Part shown: positions 25,317-38,126 of the stretch, in pieces
Position numbering within the stretch: the first letter of the stretch is position 1
Layout: each line of letters starts with the position of its first letter
Assembly: GCF_964194155.1 (NCBI RefSeq)
Contig: NC_135890.1
Span: 90,396,001 to 90,460,000 of the forward strand
Length of the DNA: 64,000 nt
From: Cetorhinus maximus
Lineage: Eukaryota
Direction: 5' to 3'
Notes under the pieces: model-generated
What the model was told of the DNA's origin: nothing
Seen by the model: only the letters and a program-made list of their open reading frames with translations
The model's database searches: none
Position numbers and translations under genes: made by a program

Positions 25317-25600
25317 CTTGTCCGTCCGCGTACAACAAACTCTCGCTGCCGATCAAGCTAACTTCACGCGGGAGGGGAAGGGGCGGGGCCCTGCCTCACT
25401 TCTAGCCGATGATTGGTCCAGACTGACCATCGGCCTGGCAGGCCCGCTCCAATAGGAACGTCAATCAAAGCGCGGCGTCCAACAGGTTGGTTCTAAAGCC
25501 CCGCCCCTCTTCCAGCACCAACGTGAGTCCGGAAAGCTGCGAGCGTCACGGGGTCAGGGGGGAAAGGTCGCATGTATCTTAGCAACAGAATAACTGACTC
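25317..25600. promoter_or_regulatory. Bidirectional CpG-rich promoter for TPCN1 and IQCD
   Basis: High CpG density; GC boxes at about 25380-25388 and 25498-25507 in opposite orientations; CCAAT boxes at 25412-25416 (minus) and 25449-25453 (plus); CGTCA half-CRE sites. Confidence 0.8.
25574..25586 (+). promoter_or_regulatory. RFX X-box-like motif
   Basis: GTATCTTAGCAAC resembles GTNRCC(N0-3)RGYAAC and lies just upstream of the first exon of a motile-cilia gene. Confidence 0.65.
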
Positions 25601-25625
25601 CTCACAAACAGAAGCGCGGAGATGG
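25587..25625 (+). other. IQCD: IQCD 5' non-coding first exon (5' boundary uncertain)
   Basis: Strong donor GATGG|GTGAGT at 25625/25626, next to the promoter and oriented toward the IQCD coding exons. Confidence 0.6.
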
Positions 25626-26162
25626 GTGAGTCCGTTTGTTCGCTGCTGAGGGATAAGGGGATTCACAGCCGGGGATTTGCCTGTTGAAATGGGCTGGAGC
25701 TGGGGAGTGCTGCTGCGATTTGTAGTCCCAAGTGGGTGAGGTTGAGGTGTCAGCAGATGCCAATTCCGAGAGAAGATTAGTGGATACCCACAGTGAGCAT
25801 CCTGCTTGCGAGGCTTGGGAACCAGGAGACTCCGAAGTTATATTCTTGACCTTGGATCACTGGGCCCTCGTTGTCCATAAATTGAGGCAGGCCAAACCAA
25901 TATAACTTCAGGACATTGATTATGATTGATCAACTTGACTGTCAAAGTGGCTTTTTACTGGGGCTGAGAGACTTACTGCTCAGTTCCAGGTAGCCTTGCA
26001 CAGCACAAGTTCATTCTTTTTTATAGGTTACAAAGTGCTTACTGAATACTAAATGTCACTTGAATATTTAAATAAAACTTTATTTTTTCCTAATTTAAAC
26101 AATTCCCTGTCTTGACAGAATTCTTCACATTGTGGCTGTGATCACAAGGCAAATATATCACT

Positions 26163-27277
26163 GGGGAGATGGTGATATAGTGGTAATGTCACTGGATTAC
26201 TAATCCAGAGGCCCAGCCTAATGCTCTGAGGACATAGGTTCAAATCCCACCTTGGCATCTGGTGGAATTTAAATTCAATTAATAGATCTGAAATACATAA
26301 TGATGACTGACCATGAAATGCGGTTTCCTCTACATTGGCGAGACCAAACGCAGACTGGGTGACCGCTTTGCGGAACACCTTCAGTCTGTCCTCAAGCATG
26401 ACCCAGACCTCCCTGTTGCTTGCCATTTCAACACTCCACCCTGCTCTCATGCCCACATGTCCGTCCTTGGCTTGCTGCATTGTTCCAGTGAAGTTCACAC
26501 AAACTGGAGGAACAGCACTTCATCTTCCGACTAGGCACTTTACAGTCTTCCGGACTGAATATTGAGTTCAACAATTTTAGATCATGAACTCTCTCCTCCA
26601 TCCCCACCCCCTTTCCGATCCCCCTTCTTTCCAATAATTTATATAGATTTTTCTTTTCCCACCTATTTACATTATTTTTAAATATATTTCCATCCATTGT
26701 TTTATCTCTACCTTTTAGCCTATTTCGATCCCTTTCCCCCACCCCACCCCCACTAGGGCTATCTGTACCTTGCTCGTCCTGCTTTCTACCCTTAATGTCA
26801 CCTATTAGCACATTTCTTAGCTAATATCACTGCCGTCAACACCTCTTTGTCCTATGACATCTTTGGGGAATCTCCACCTATCACTGGCCCCCTTTCCAGC
26901 TCTACTTATCACCCCCCCCCCCCCCCCCCCCCCGCCACCCCCACCATCCCCAACCCCCTTAAACCAGCTTATATTTCACCTCTCTTCTGTTGAAGAGTCA
27001 TACGGACTCGAAACGTTAACTGTGTTCCTCTCCGCAGATGCTGTCAGACCTGCTGAGTTTTTCCAGGTATTTTTATTTTTGTTTTTATCATGAAATATCA
27101 TTAATTGTCATAAAGACCCATCTGGTTCACCAATTGCATTTGGAGAAAGAAATCTACCATTCTTACCTTTGGTTGACTTAACTGTCCTCTGAAATGTTTG
27201 GTTTGAAGGCAATTAGGGATGGACAACAAATTCTGGCTTTGTCAGTGACATCTACATCCCACAAAAGAATAAAAAAA
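26163..27277 (+). mobile_element. tRNA-derived SINE interrupted by a Penelope insertion
   Basis: Head ggggagatggtgatatagtggtaatgtcactgga...ggttcaaatccc; body resumes at 27089 (cccatctggttcac) and ends in a ggcaattagggatggacaacaaa tail. Confidence 0.8.
26320..27088 (+). mobile_element. Penelope-like element, 5'-truncated
   Basis: FLYIGETKRRLGDRFAEHL; 8-bp TSD CATGAAAT at 26312-26319 and 27089-27096; internal poly-C at about 26912-26933. Confidence 0.9.
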
Positions 27278-27384
27278 CTTTATCTTGACTACCAGTACAA
27301 ATAAAGTTAACCTCCCTACTGTGGAAATCAATTTATGGACATTCACATTCCTTCTGTGGGAGCATGTTTCATCTCAGAGCAAAC

Positions 27385-27860
27385 AACAACTTGCATTTAT
27401 ATAGTGCCTTTAACATCATAAAATGTTCTAAGGTGTTTCACGGAAAATCAGGCAGATTTTTACACTGAGCGACATAAGGAGATATTAGGACAGGTGTAGG
27501 ACAAAGAGGTTTTAAGGAGTAAATTAAAAGGAGGAGCGGCCCAAAGGTGTAGCGAGGGAGTTCCATGGCTTAGAGTCTGAATGATTGAAGGCAAGACCAC
27601 CATTGGTGGAGTGATGAAAATTGGGGATGTGCATGAGACCAGAATTGTAGGAGTGTAGAGATCTCAAAAGGTTGTAGAGCTGAGGAAGTCACAGCAATAG
27701 TGAGGGATTTGAAAACAAGGGAATTTTAAAATCGAGGCATTGCCAGTCCAGGAGCCAGTGTACACCAGTGAGCACAGGGATGATGTGTGAATGGGACTTG
27801 GTGCAAGTTTTGCAGCAGTTTTGGATGAACTCAAGCTTATGGAGAGTGAATGGGAAGAAC
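27385..27860 (-). mobile_element. L2 LINE 3' fragment
   Basis: Starts aacaacttgcatttatatagtgcctttaac (reverse complement of the L2 tail) and resembles 16690-16920. Confidence 0.65.
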
Positions 27861-28219
27861 AGTAAAAAAATCTATTAAAAATTTCCTGTATATACTAAAC
27901 TATATTTAAATTGTGATTCAATGTGATTTACCTTATGCACTTTTATTGTAAGTTACCTCCTTCTGTTGTGAAAGTATATTCAATGTACCTCTCCAAATAA
28001 TATATTCTTACTGAACAAATCTTAATAGATCAATCCCATCAGCTGTAATGTATGTTGTGTACATCAACTTCACTGAATGTACTCCTCTCTAATTTTTTTT
28101 ACATGAATTCTAAAAATCTTAGGTAACGTTTCTAGTCTATCCCCTGCCAATGCCCCAATTTATATCTGGCTCAGAGGTAGCATTCTTGCCTTGAAGTCAG
28201 AAAATTGTTTGTTCAAGTC

Positions 28220-28547
28220 TCACCATCTACAAAATGCACTGCAGAAACTCACTGAGGCTCATTAGGCAGCACCTTCCAAACCCACGACAACTACCATCCA
28301 GAAGGACAGGGCAGCAGATACATGGGAACACTACCACCTGGAAATTCCCCTCCAAGCCACTCACCATCCTGACTTGGAAATATATCGCTATTCCTTCACT
28401 ATCCCTGGGTCAAAACCCTGGAACTCCCTTCCTAACAACACTGTGAGTGTGCCTACACCACAGGGACTGCAGCGGTTCAAGAAGGCAGCTGACCACCACC
28501 TTCTCAAGGGCAATTAGGGATGGACAATAAATGCTGGCCTAGCCAGC
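28220..28547 (+). mobile_element. 3' fragment of the SINE-headed LINE family
   Basis: Colinear with about 22975-23300 (HCRNSLRLIRQHLPNP... through to the tail). Confidence 0.85.
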
Positions 28548-29299
28548 TGATCTTGTGCTATTTAGCTCGTTACTTATGCATCTAGAAGGAGCTCGCCAAT
28601 TCTCATAGCGGGGGCAGGCAGGAAGTCACTGTCCCCGCCGTTATCTCAAGTGGTCAAAGATCCAGGTACCATATTTAAAGGGTACCTGGACTACCTACAA
28701 TATCCCTCCCTGGACAGCTTGCACTAACCCTTCCACCTTTGCCCGGCCACTCCTCCACCCTTCCTCACTCCCTTAGTCATCTTCCGTGCAAATTGCACTG
28801 CCACCACCTAATCTCAAGCATAGGGTGGCATTTACAGGCGTTCCCCAAAGACGGCAATGCAGCGGCAACTCACTGCTAATGATGGAAGAAGTCAACCTGG
28901 CCAGTGCGCACCACTTATGCGCAGTCGTGAATGTGAACGTTCTAATTTCTCGTTGCGGTGGTCTTAATTCAGGCAAGGTGGCCTTTTAATGAGCATGCAT
29001 GATATGCTAATGTATGCAAAATGGAATCTCGACCTACCTTTAGCCTACTTTGAAGTCCCGAGAACATAATTGCTAAATTTCATCCCGCTGTCGGAAACTG
29101 ATTGTTGGCCTCATGCCAAATTCCCCCGCCCTCCAAGCTGCCCATTGCTAGAAGATTCCGCCCATAGTCTTTTGGATGTGATGCTAAACTCCATCTGTTT
29201 ACTCAGGTGTACGTGAAAGATCCCATGGTATTATTTCAAAGAAGAGCAAGGGCAGTTTTGCTCAACCAACATTACTAAAATAAAATTCTGTTTACTATT

Positions 29300-30835
29300 T
29301 TTATTAATGATTTAGACTTTGGAATCAAAAACACAATTTCTAAATGTGCGGATGACACCAAATTGGGAGGGACAGTCAGCACTAAGGAGGACTGTAACAC
29401 ATTACAAGAAGAGATTGTTATGATCTTCGGATGAGAGCCACAATTTTGTTAGGGTCCAGTTACGGACCAGTAAATTTGTTATGGACAAAATTTGAAATCC
29501 CAGGTATTTACTAAGAGAATAAAGCCACAAGATTCCACAATTTTAAACAAACAGAAATAATTTTACTAAACAAGAATCAACAAAGCAGCACTATCTATCT
29601 TATATTCTAACATCCAGAATTAACATGAGGTAAACATGAATTAACAGGCAAACTGTGGTCTAACATACCACAAACTGCACATTAAATGTCAGACACAACC
29701 AAGACAGATCCCACAAGTTTTCTCAGCAACCCACCTAGACTTCAGTGATCACTGTGAGTCACAAAAATCCTTAAAACTCTGTCTTCCTCATGAGAAATTT
29801 CAGCTCCTCTCCTTCAAAGAGCTATTCCAATCCCCAGCTGACAGCAGCTCTACTCCACCCAAGTTCCACAGGGTACAATCCTCACTAAAAGGCACAGTAT
29901 TCCAGATCTCTCTTGGATCTATCTGCTCCCAGATCCAGCCTTCTTTTCCAGCTGAGCAGACCCACTTCTGAGATTGCATTCCACTGTGTTGGCCAGGCTA
30001 CACTCCAGCGTTAAACACAGGCAGTCATAGCTCCTCAGCTATGCTGCTGCCAACAACTGCCCTTCACAGAGCAGATAACTACATCAGCTTCACTGAGCTG
30101 ACACTGCTCTCAGGCTCTCTCTGTGCCCCAGCACCCCAGCTGAGCTGCTACTAACAACTGCCTTTGGACTGATCTATGACCTGTTACGTCTCCCAACAGG
30201 TAGCCCCTGTTCTGAGACCTTGGTACATTCTGTACCTTAAATATTACAATTTCCAGTCAACCAAAGGTCATTCCTACAGGTGCCAACCCATAATGGCTCC
30301 ACACCAAAAACACAGACAAAAATCCAAATATTTGGATTCCCTCAAAACATTGATAAACTTGGAAGAATGAACATATAATTACCAAATGAACATATAATTA
30401 CCAAATGAATGTCATCACAGGCGAGTACGTGGTATTATATTTTAATAAGAAAAATATGAAAACTGCGTATTATTTAGTAAATAAGCATCTAAATGTGGTA
30501 GAGGAACAAATCACTAAAAGTTGCGGCACGGGTCAATAAGGCCATAAAAGAAGGAAACTAAGTATAACGGTTTATTTCTAGATAGAATTGAAAAATTAGT
30601 TAAACTTGTATGGAACTTTCATTAGACCATACTTGGAGGACTGAGTGGTGCTCCAGTCACCATGTTATAAAAAGGATATGGACACAAAGGTGTGGAGAGG
30701 ACCCAAAAAGATTGACAAGAATGATATCAAACAGATTAGGAAAGGATGGCCAGGTTTGGTCTCTTTTTCTAGGCAGACAGATGACCTAATAGAAGTCTTT
30801 AAAATTATGAAATGTTTTGATAGAGTAGACACTGA
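29300..30835 (+). mobile_element. Decayed CR1 RT fragment, host of an LTR-like insertion
   Basis: FINDLDFGIKNTISKCADDTKLGG before 29416; CR1 sequence continues after 30349. Confidence 0.65.
29416..30349. mobile_element. Probable solo LTR (934 bp)
   Basis: Interrupts a CR1 RT; TG...CA ends with a 7/8 inverted terminal match (TGTTATGA / TCAAAACA); no clean TSD. Confidence 0.5.
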
Positions 30836-32591
30836 AAGCTGAATTTTTGGGGCCTAATATTTACAAACCAGATGGTTTCCTGGCTCCGTTCCGGGTGTGG
30901 GAAAATTTGGCTGATGTGGGTTCAGGGCCTGGGAAGGCCATGCACTCCACAAGGCAGGCAAGCAGTTGACTCATTAAGTAATAAAAACAGAAAATGCTGG
31001 AAAAACTGGTCAGGCAGCATCTGTGGAGAGAGAGACAGAGTTAATGTTTCGAGTTCAATATAACTCTTCTTCCAAGTTTTTCCACCACTTTTTGTTTTTA
31101 TTTCAGATCTCCAGCACTCTCAGTATTTTAGGCTCATTATGTGCCTTGTTAACGGGGATTAAGGATGCTGACTGGATGGAGGTGCAGCCAAAGACTGCCT
31201 TGTAGAGGGGCTCCTAGCACTGCCACTCCCCACCCCCCACCCCATGGTTGCTTTTTGTATTTGGAATTCATTTTTTTTTAAATGGCTAGGAAGGCACTTT
31301 CTTATTGAAGCACCCTCTAAGTAACTTACCTTTTACTGCATACAACTGCACCTGTAAAGCTGAAGAGCCTCTGATCGGGCATCCAGCTTCAAGAGCCCAC
31401 TCACCACCCGTCATTGGACAGGGATCCTGTCTCCTTGTGGATTAAGAGGGTGCCCCGGACAAAATACCAACGAGTGACTTTCCCCCTGCCCCGGGCACAG
31501 GTTCCGTTTCCCCCCGAGGCAAAACTTATGCCCAGGGAATGTGTTTCCAATTGCGGGGAGGAGTAAAGCTAGAAGCCATCAATTTAAAATGGTAAATAAA
31601 TCAAATAGGGAATTCAGAAGAAACTTCTTTAACCAGAACGCGGTGTATATAAGTAGTTGAGGCGAATAGTACAGATTTAAGAGGAGGCTAGATAGGAATT
31701 TGAAGGAGAAAGAAATAGGGAGTTATGCTGATAGAGTTAGATGAGGAAGGATTGGAGGAGGCTCAAGTGAAGCATAAGCACTGGCATGGACTGGTTGGGC
31801 CAAATGGCCTGTTTCTTTTCTATATATTCTATGTAATGTGTAATTATCAAATTACTGTTTGTGTTTCCACATTACAATGTGATTATACTTCAAAAGCACT
31901 TACTGTGGTGGAACAGTTTGGGAATTTTGTGGTCATGATACGCACTATATAAATGCAAGTCTTTCTTTATATGCAAAAAAAAATGTTGTGAGGGGAAATG
32001 ACAAGCCAAATTTGGTAGGTGATAATTAAGTCAGTCATAACAAAATACTGCAGGTGCTGGAAATCTGAAGTAAAATCAAAACAAAAAAAAAGCTTGCCAG
32101 GCCAGGCAGCATGTGTTCTGAAGAGAGACGCTGAAGAAAGGCTGGTAGATCTCAGGGATGAGGGCCATCCCACTGATAGTGTTCCCTTAGGGGATCCCCC
32201 AGCTGAAGAATCAGCCATACCTCCTCTACTCAGTGTGGCTCTGCTATAGCCAGCGACCATTACCAGCATGTACTGTCTAAGGGAAAATATTGTCTAACAT
32301 CTAAAGTTGTTGAACTTTAATTTTAAAAAAAGACAAAAATAAGTTGATTTGTTGCTACTCTTGAAAGATATAGCGATGGATTACCGGGCTTTGCTTTTTA
32401 CTGCTGAAGCAAATCGTATAGGCACCATGGTCGATTGGCCTCCCTCTGTGCTGTGCACATCTGTGAATTTAAAGAAAGATTTTGAAAAGAACACTGCTAC
32501 AGACATTAGAAGAATATATTGTTATATGTTTCAGCAATACAGCTCACTGCAGATTTAAAGATATGAGAAAAATCTACTGAAGAAGGAAACA

Positions 32592-33320
32592 ATGACAAGT
32601 GAAACGATGGTACAGAGTCAGCAATTAGAAGACAAAAATATAGAAACCATCAGTAGGACCACAACTGATTATGATGCATCTTTGCAAGAGATCACACCCA
32701 AAGTGGATGCACTGCGAATTTTGGAACCTGTTAGAAAAAAGCTTGCATCAATTGAAGCAGAGCGGATTATTTCTGTAATTGAAAATACTATTAAGAAAAT
32801 AGAAATAGTCACTTTGATTCCTCATATAGTTGCCAACCTGGACAGGTTCAATGTTGCTATTGGTTTAGAGTTGACATGTGCTCTAAGGGAGCATAACAGA
32901 CTAGAGCAACATCTGAATTTTGCTGTTGGCAAACTGCGCAAAGAAAACTATCCTGTAGAGGAAAATGAGATTGCAATACACAAAGTAAAAATCAAAGAGA
33001 ATAAGCTAGATGTTAAAACCATTCAGCAGGCCTTTGGTAGCTCAGTTAAAAACGTCCTTCGACTCTTTCAGGGAAATCCCTCAGCATATCAAATAATCCA
33101 AACAGAATGTCAAACCCGAAATCACATCTATGTAGATCTCATTCTGTTGCTAATGGAACTGAGAGACTTTGTGTTTGAGAGACTTCTGATAACACCCACT
33201 GAAGAGAAAGAAAAGTTTGAATTTGTGAAAAAAATCATTAACCAAGATAAGCAAAACACAGAAATTATTGCAACTTTGGAGGCCGAACTGGCAGCAGCCA
33301 TCCAAGATAAAGAAAATGAG
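32592..33320 (+). CDS. IQCD: IQ motif-containing D / dynein regulatory complex subunit 10, coding exon 1
   Basis: MTSETMV...LRILEPVRKKLASIEAERIISVIENTIKKIE...ELRDFVFERLLITPTEEKEK; 729 nt; in-frame stop upstream at 32556; donor GAG|gtaaac. Confidence 0.9.
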
Positions 33321-33555
33321 GTAAACTCTTACATATATTGTATATCTGATGTCTCATGCTAAATAGCAACAAATGCCAAAAGTTGTAACAGACAAAACTT
33401 ACACTTCTAAGAGCACATAAAAACATGCATCAGATTTTGAATCATGTTTCAATATTGTAATCTGGGGCCTGCGAGAGGTGTAAAGTATATTAGCAAAAGT
33501 CACAATATGCTTATTTCTGGTACATTTTAACCAAAATGCTGTAGATTTCAGTACA

Positions 33556-35317
33556 TGGAGGAGGATGCTGCACAAGTATCCCCATCCTCAAACACGGGTG
33601 AGCCCAGCACGTCATTGCAAAAGATAAGGCTGAAGCATTTACTACAATCTTCAGCCAGAAATGCCGAGTGGATGATCCATCTCAGCTTCCTCCAGAGGTC
33701 CCCAACATCACAGATGCCAGTCTTCAGCCAATTCGATTCACTCCACGTGATATCAAGAAACGGCTGAAGGCACTGGATACTGCAAAGGCTATGGGTCCTG
33801 ACAATATTCCGGCAATAGTACTGAAGACTTGTGCTCCAGAACTTGCCGCACCCCCAGCCAAGTTGTTCCAGTACAGCCACAACACTGGCATCTACCCAGC
33901 AATGTGGAAAATTGCCCAGGTATGCCCTGTACATAAAAAACAGGACAAATCCAACCTGACCAATTACCGCCCCATCAGTCTATTCTCAATTATCAGTTAA
34001 GTGATAGAAGGGGTCATCAACAATGCTATCAAGCGGCACTCACTTAGCAATAACCTGCTCACTGACGCTCAGTTTGGGTTCCACTAGGGCCACTCAGCTC
34101 CTGACCTCATTACAGCCTTGATTAAACATGGACAAAAGAACTGAGCTCCAGAGGTGAACTGAGAGTGACTGCCCTTGACATCAAGGCCCCATTTGACCGA
34201 GTGTGGCATCAAGGAGCCCTAGCAAACTGGAGTTATGGGAATCAGGGAGAAAGCTCTCCGCTGGCTGGAGTCATACCTAGCACAAAGGAAGATGGTTGTG
34301 GTTGGGAGGCCAATCATCTCAGCTCCAGAACATCACTGCAGGAGTTCCTCGGCATTGTGTCCTAGGCCCAACCATCTTCAGCTGCTTCATCAATGACCTT
34401 CCTTCCATCATAAGGTCAGAAGTGGGGATGTTCGCTTATGATTGCACAATGTTCAGCACCATTACCGACTTCTCAGATACTGAAGCAGTCCATGTCCAAA
34501 TGCAGCAAGACCTGGACAACATCTAAGCTTGGGCTGACAAGTGGCAAGTAACCTTTGCGCCACACAAGTGCCAGGCAATGACCATCTCCAATAAGAGAAA
34601 ATCTAACTATCTTCCCTTGACACTCAAATGCATTACCATTGCTGAATCCCCCATTATCAATAACCTGGGGGGTTACCATTGACCAGAAACTGAACTGAAC
34701 TAACCATGTAAATACTGTGGCCACAAGAGCAGGTGAGAGGCTTAGAATCCTGTGGCAAGTAACTCACCTCCTAGCTCCCCAAAGCCTGTCCACAATCTAC
34801 AAGGCACAAGTCAGGATGAGTACAGATCTAACTTGTCTGGATGAGTACAGATCTAACAACACTCAAGAAGCTTGACACCATCCAGGACAAAGCAGTCCGC
34901 TTGATTGGCACCACATCCACAAACATTCACTCCGTCCACCACTGACGCACAGTGGCAGCAGCGTGTACCATCTGTCAGATGCACTGCAGGAACTCATCAA
35001 GACTCCTTAGACAGCACCTTCCAAACCCATGACCGCGAGCATCTAGAAGGACAAGGGCAACAGATAGATAGGAACACCACCACCTGCAAGTTCCCCTCCA
35101 AGCCACTCACCATCCTGACTTGGAACTATGTCATTGTTCCTTCACTGTCGCTGTGTCAAAATCCTTGTACTCCCTCCCTAACAGCACTGTGGGTGTACCT
35201 ACACCACTTGGACTGCAGCGGTTCAAGAAGGCATCACTTTCTCAAGGGCAACTAGGGATGGGCAATTAATGCTGGCCTAGCCAGCAAAGCCCACATCCCT
35301 TGAATTAATAAAAAAAA
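33556..35317 (+). mobile_element. 5'-truncated copy of the SINE-headed LINE family (RT region)
   Basis: Colinear with about 21570-23334; KAMGPDNIPAIVLKTCAPELAAP, NYRPISL; same tail. Confidence 0.92.
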
Positions 35318-36469
35318 TAGGTAGAGAGTTGTTTCACATACTGTATAATGTACACAAGTTGTAGCTTTCATATAACCTGTATTATATTTTATTATCATTG
35401 CACAACAGTTATGAAGACATGCAGTGGGTTAGCAGGGCACATCTGACGCTTTGGAGTTGGCAGGTACTGAAGGTGCATTATTTCGTTCCTGATGAAATAT
35501 TACAGTCTGAGTTGTTAATAGGGGAGTGGTGAGAGGTGCACATAGATGAAGCTGAGTATAAAGAGTAAAGTTTAAAAAACATAAGGATTGTTTTATAAAT
35601 ATAGGACTACCACATGTTCCTGCTCAGGTTCAGTAATGTCACTCACTTCCTTAAGTGGTCACGTTGCATATTTATTTTTGTGGAAGTTGAAGTCCAGTGT
35701 CCTGTATCCCCTAACCAAAATAGAGACCTAGGAGTGTAACATTTGTTCCATGGTGTGGTGGGTGTGCTCCAGACTGCACTCTTCCAAGGTGTCAAAGCCT
35801 TCACAGACATTCAACGCTGAAAACTGGTTTGAGAGCACCGCACTTCCAGTGTATTCCTGCATTGCCTGTCTCTTCCTATCCTGCTGGACAGCCATCTGCT
35901 TAGATTGTACCTGTGGGTAGACCATCTCTGGAATGTGCACTCCAGAAAATTCTCAACCCCCTGTATGTCCTGCAGAGACTCCAGCTGCTAGTCAAGCTCA
36001 GAAACTCTGAGCTTAGGTTCTAACAGCTGGAGGCACTTGCTGCACCTGTGTTTACGAGGACACACAACATGCCCTGGAGTTCCTACAGGGCACAGAAATT
36101 GCAGGAAATTGGTCTCAGCCGTTCCATCATTTTGTTTAAAACTTTATGTACTGTCATCATCATCATGTGTGCTCTGCCCAGTTGCTCTGCAAATGACTGG
36201 ACAGGGGTGCACAGTGAAATGTATAAACGCGGTGGTCACAGGGGATTTGATAGGGGGATTGACAGGTATTTCTGCAACTGCTGATGTGAGTCTTGCGTGG
36301 GGTTGAACCAAACCATCTTGCTCACATTAATTTGGTCATCTTTCAGAGAGATTAAGAGTACAAATGCTTAAAAGATATGGCCCAGATCACAAGGGAGTTT
36401 CACAAAGGCTGGTCTTTGGCTAATTGTCTGTAGATGTTTCATCCTGAACAATTTTATTAACAGTTTTTT

Positions 36470-36615
36470 TTTGTCAGTGGTGGTTTACCATTGCCTTCCA
36501 CTCTCAGGGGCAGGGCAAAGAGGTAGATCTCAAGTCTACCTCAGCTGAATGGGAATCGAACCTGCGCTGTTGGCATTATTCTGAACCATATCTAGCCAAC
36601 TGGGAAACCAGCCCC
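36470..36615 (-). mobile_element. tRNA-derived SINE head (different family)
   Basis: Minus strand reads ggggctggtttcccagttggctaga...caggttcgattcccattcagctgagg (B box GGTTCGATTCC). Confidence 0.55.
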
Positions 36616-37067
36616 TACTCTATGTACTGTATGTTATATAAAAATAATATAGTATGCCCTTATTCTTATTTACCTATATAACAGATTATTTAATGCAATT
36701 CAAATCCTTTAATGTTGGTATCCTCTACTTAGTTAATTTTAATCCCTTAGATCTAATTAATTACCCTGATTGTTTTATATTTACTGTTCTCCCTTCATTT
36801 AAATTACTTAACATCTCCTTTCCCTCTGTACCTAATTCACATTGTCACTCTGTATTAAACGATTGCATTTTGCAGATTCACCCAGCTCTATGCTTTAGCA
36901 GATATTTCTCTGATATATATCTTTTAGAAACACACTAGTTATAACTGGTCAGTCAACTGTCAGCCACAATAAGTAATATCTAGTCAGGGATCCTCTTAGA
37001 GCTTAACTGTCACTGACTTGCAGTATTTACCTAAAGTAATGAAGTAAGAAAACTAGGTTAAACTTAA

Positions 37068-38126
37068 ATAAAGACAGAAAATGCTGGAAAAACTCAGCAG
37101 GTCTGATGGCATCTGTGCATAGGGAAACAGAGTTAGCGTTTTGAGTCTGCATGACTCTTCAGAGCTAAAGAGAAGCAGAAATGTGATGGAATTTATACTG
37201 TTTAAGTGGGGGTGGAGCAGGTGAAGCTGGATAGAAGGTCAGTGATAGGTGGTGGCTAAGGGGAGATTGACAAAGATGTCGTGGACACAAGACAAAGGGT
37301 GTGTTAATGGTGGTGGTAAGGACTAAAGGTGTTGATAGTGGCATAATGATAATGCAGAACGTGTGAATAGCAGAACAAGGGTCAGCACTCTGTGAAGGAA
37401 CAACATGGAATAAATAACAGATGGCCCTTTTGGGTGTGAGTGGGAGGGAGGGGGCGGTGGTTGGGGAAAAAGGATAAAAAAAGGGATAAAAAAGGGGATA
37501 ATAGGGGATAAACAATGAATAAATGAATAAAAATAAAAATAAGTAAATAAAAATAAATTTTAAAAGGGATTGAAAAAGGGGTGAAGATAGAGAAGAGAGT
37601 TCATGGTCTGAAGTTGTTGAATCCAGTGTTAAGTCCGAAAGGCTGTAAAGTGCCTAATTGGAAGATGAGGTGCTGTTCCTCCAGTTTGCATTGGGCTTCA
37701 CTGGAACATTGCAGCAGGCCAAGAACGGACATGTGGGCATGAGAGCAGGATGGTGTGTTGCAATAGCAAGCAACAAGAAGGTCTGGGTCATGCTTGTGGA
37801 CAGACCAAAGGTGTTCTGCAAAGCGGTCACCCAGTCTGCGTTTGGTCTCCTCAATGTAGAGGAGACCGCATTGGGAGCAGCAAATGCATTGGACAAAATT
37901 GAAGGAGGTGCAAGTGAAGCACTGCTTCACCTGAAAGGAGTGTTTGGGCCCTTGGATGGCGAGGAGGGAGGAGGTAAAGGGGTAGGTGTTGCACCTTCTG
38001 TGATTGCATGGGAAGGTGCCGTGGGAAAGGAATGAGGTGTTGGGGGTGATGGAGGAGTGGACCAGGGTGTCCCGGAGGGAATAGTCCCTACAGAATGTTG
38101 ACAGGGGTGGTGAGGGGAAGATGTGT
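37068..38126 (-). mobile_element. Penelope-like element, 5'-truncated (GIY-YIG region plus pseudo-LTR)
   Basis: FTCTSFNFVQCICCSQCGLLYIEETKRRLGDRFAEH; 14-bp TSD TAGGTTAAACTTAA at 37054-37067 and 38127-38140. Confidence 0.9.

Noticed and set aside
33321-33362. C-terminal extension of the 256-aa ORF
   Set aside because: Read-through into the intron past the GAG|gtaaac donor.
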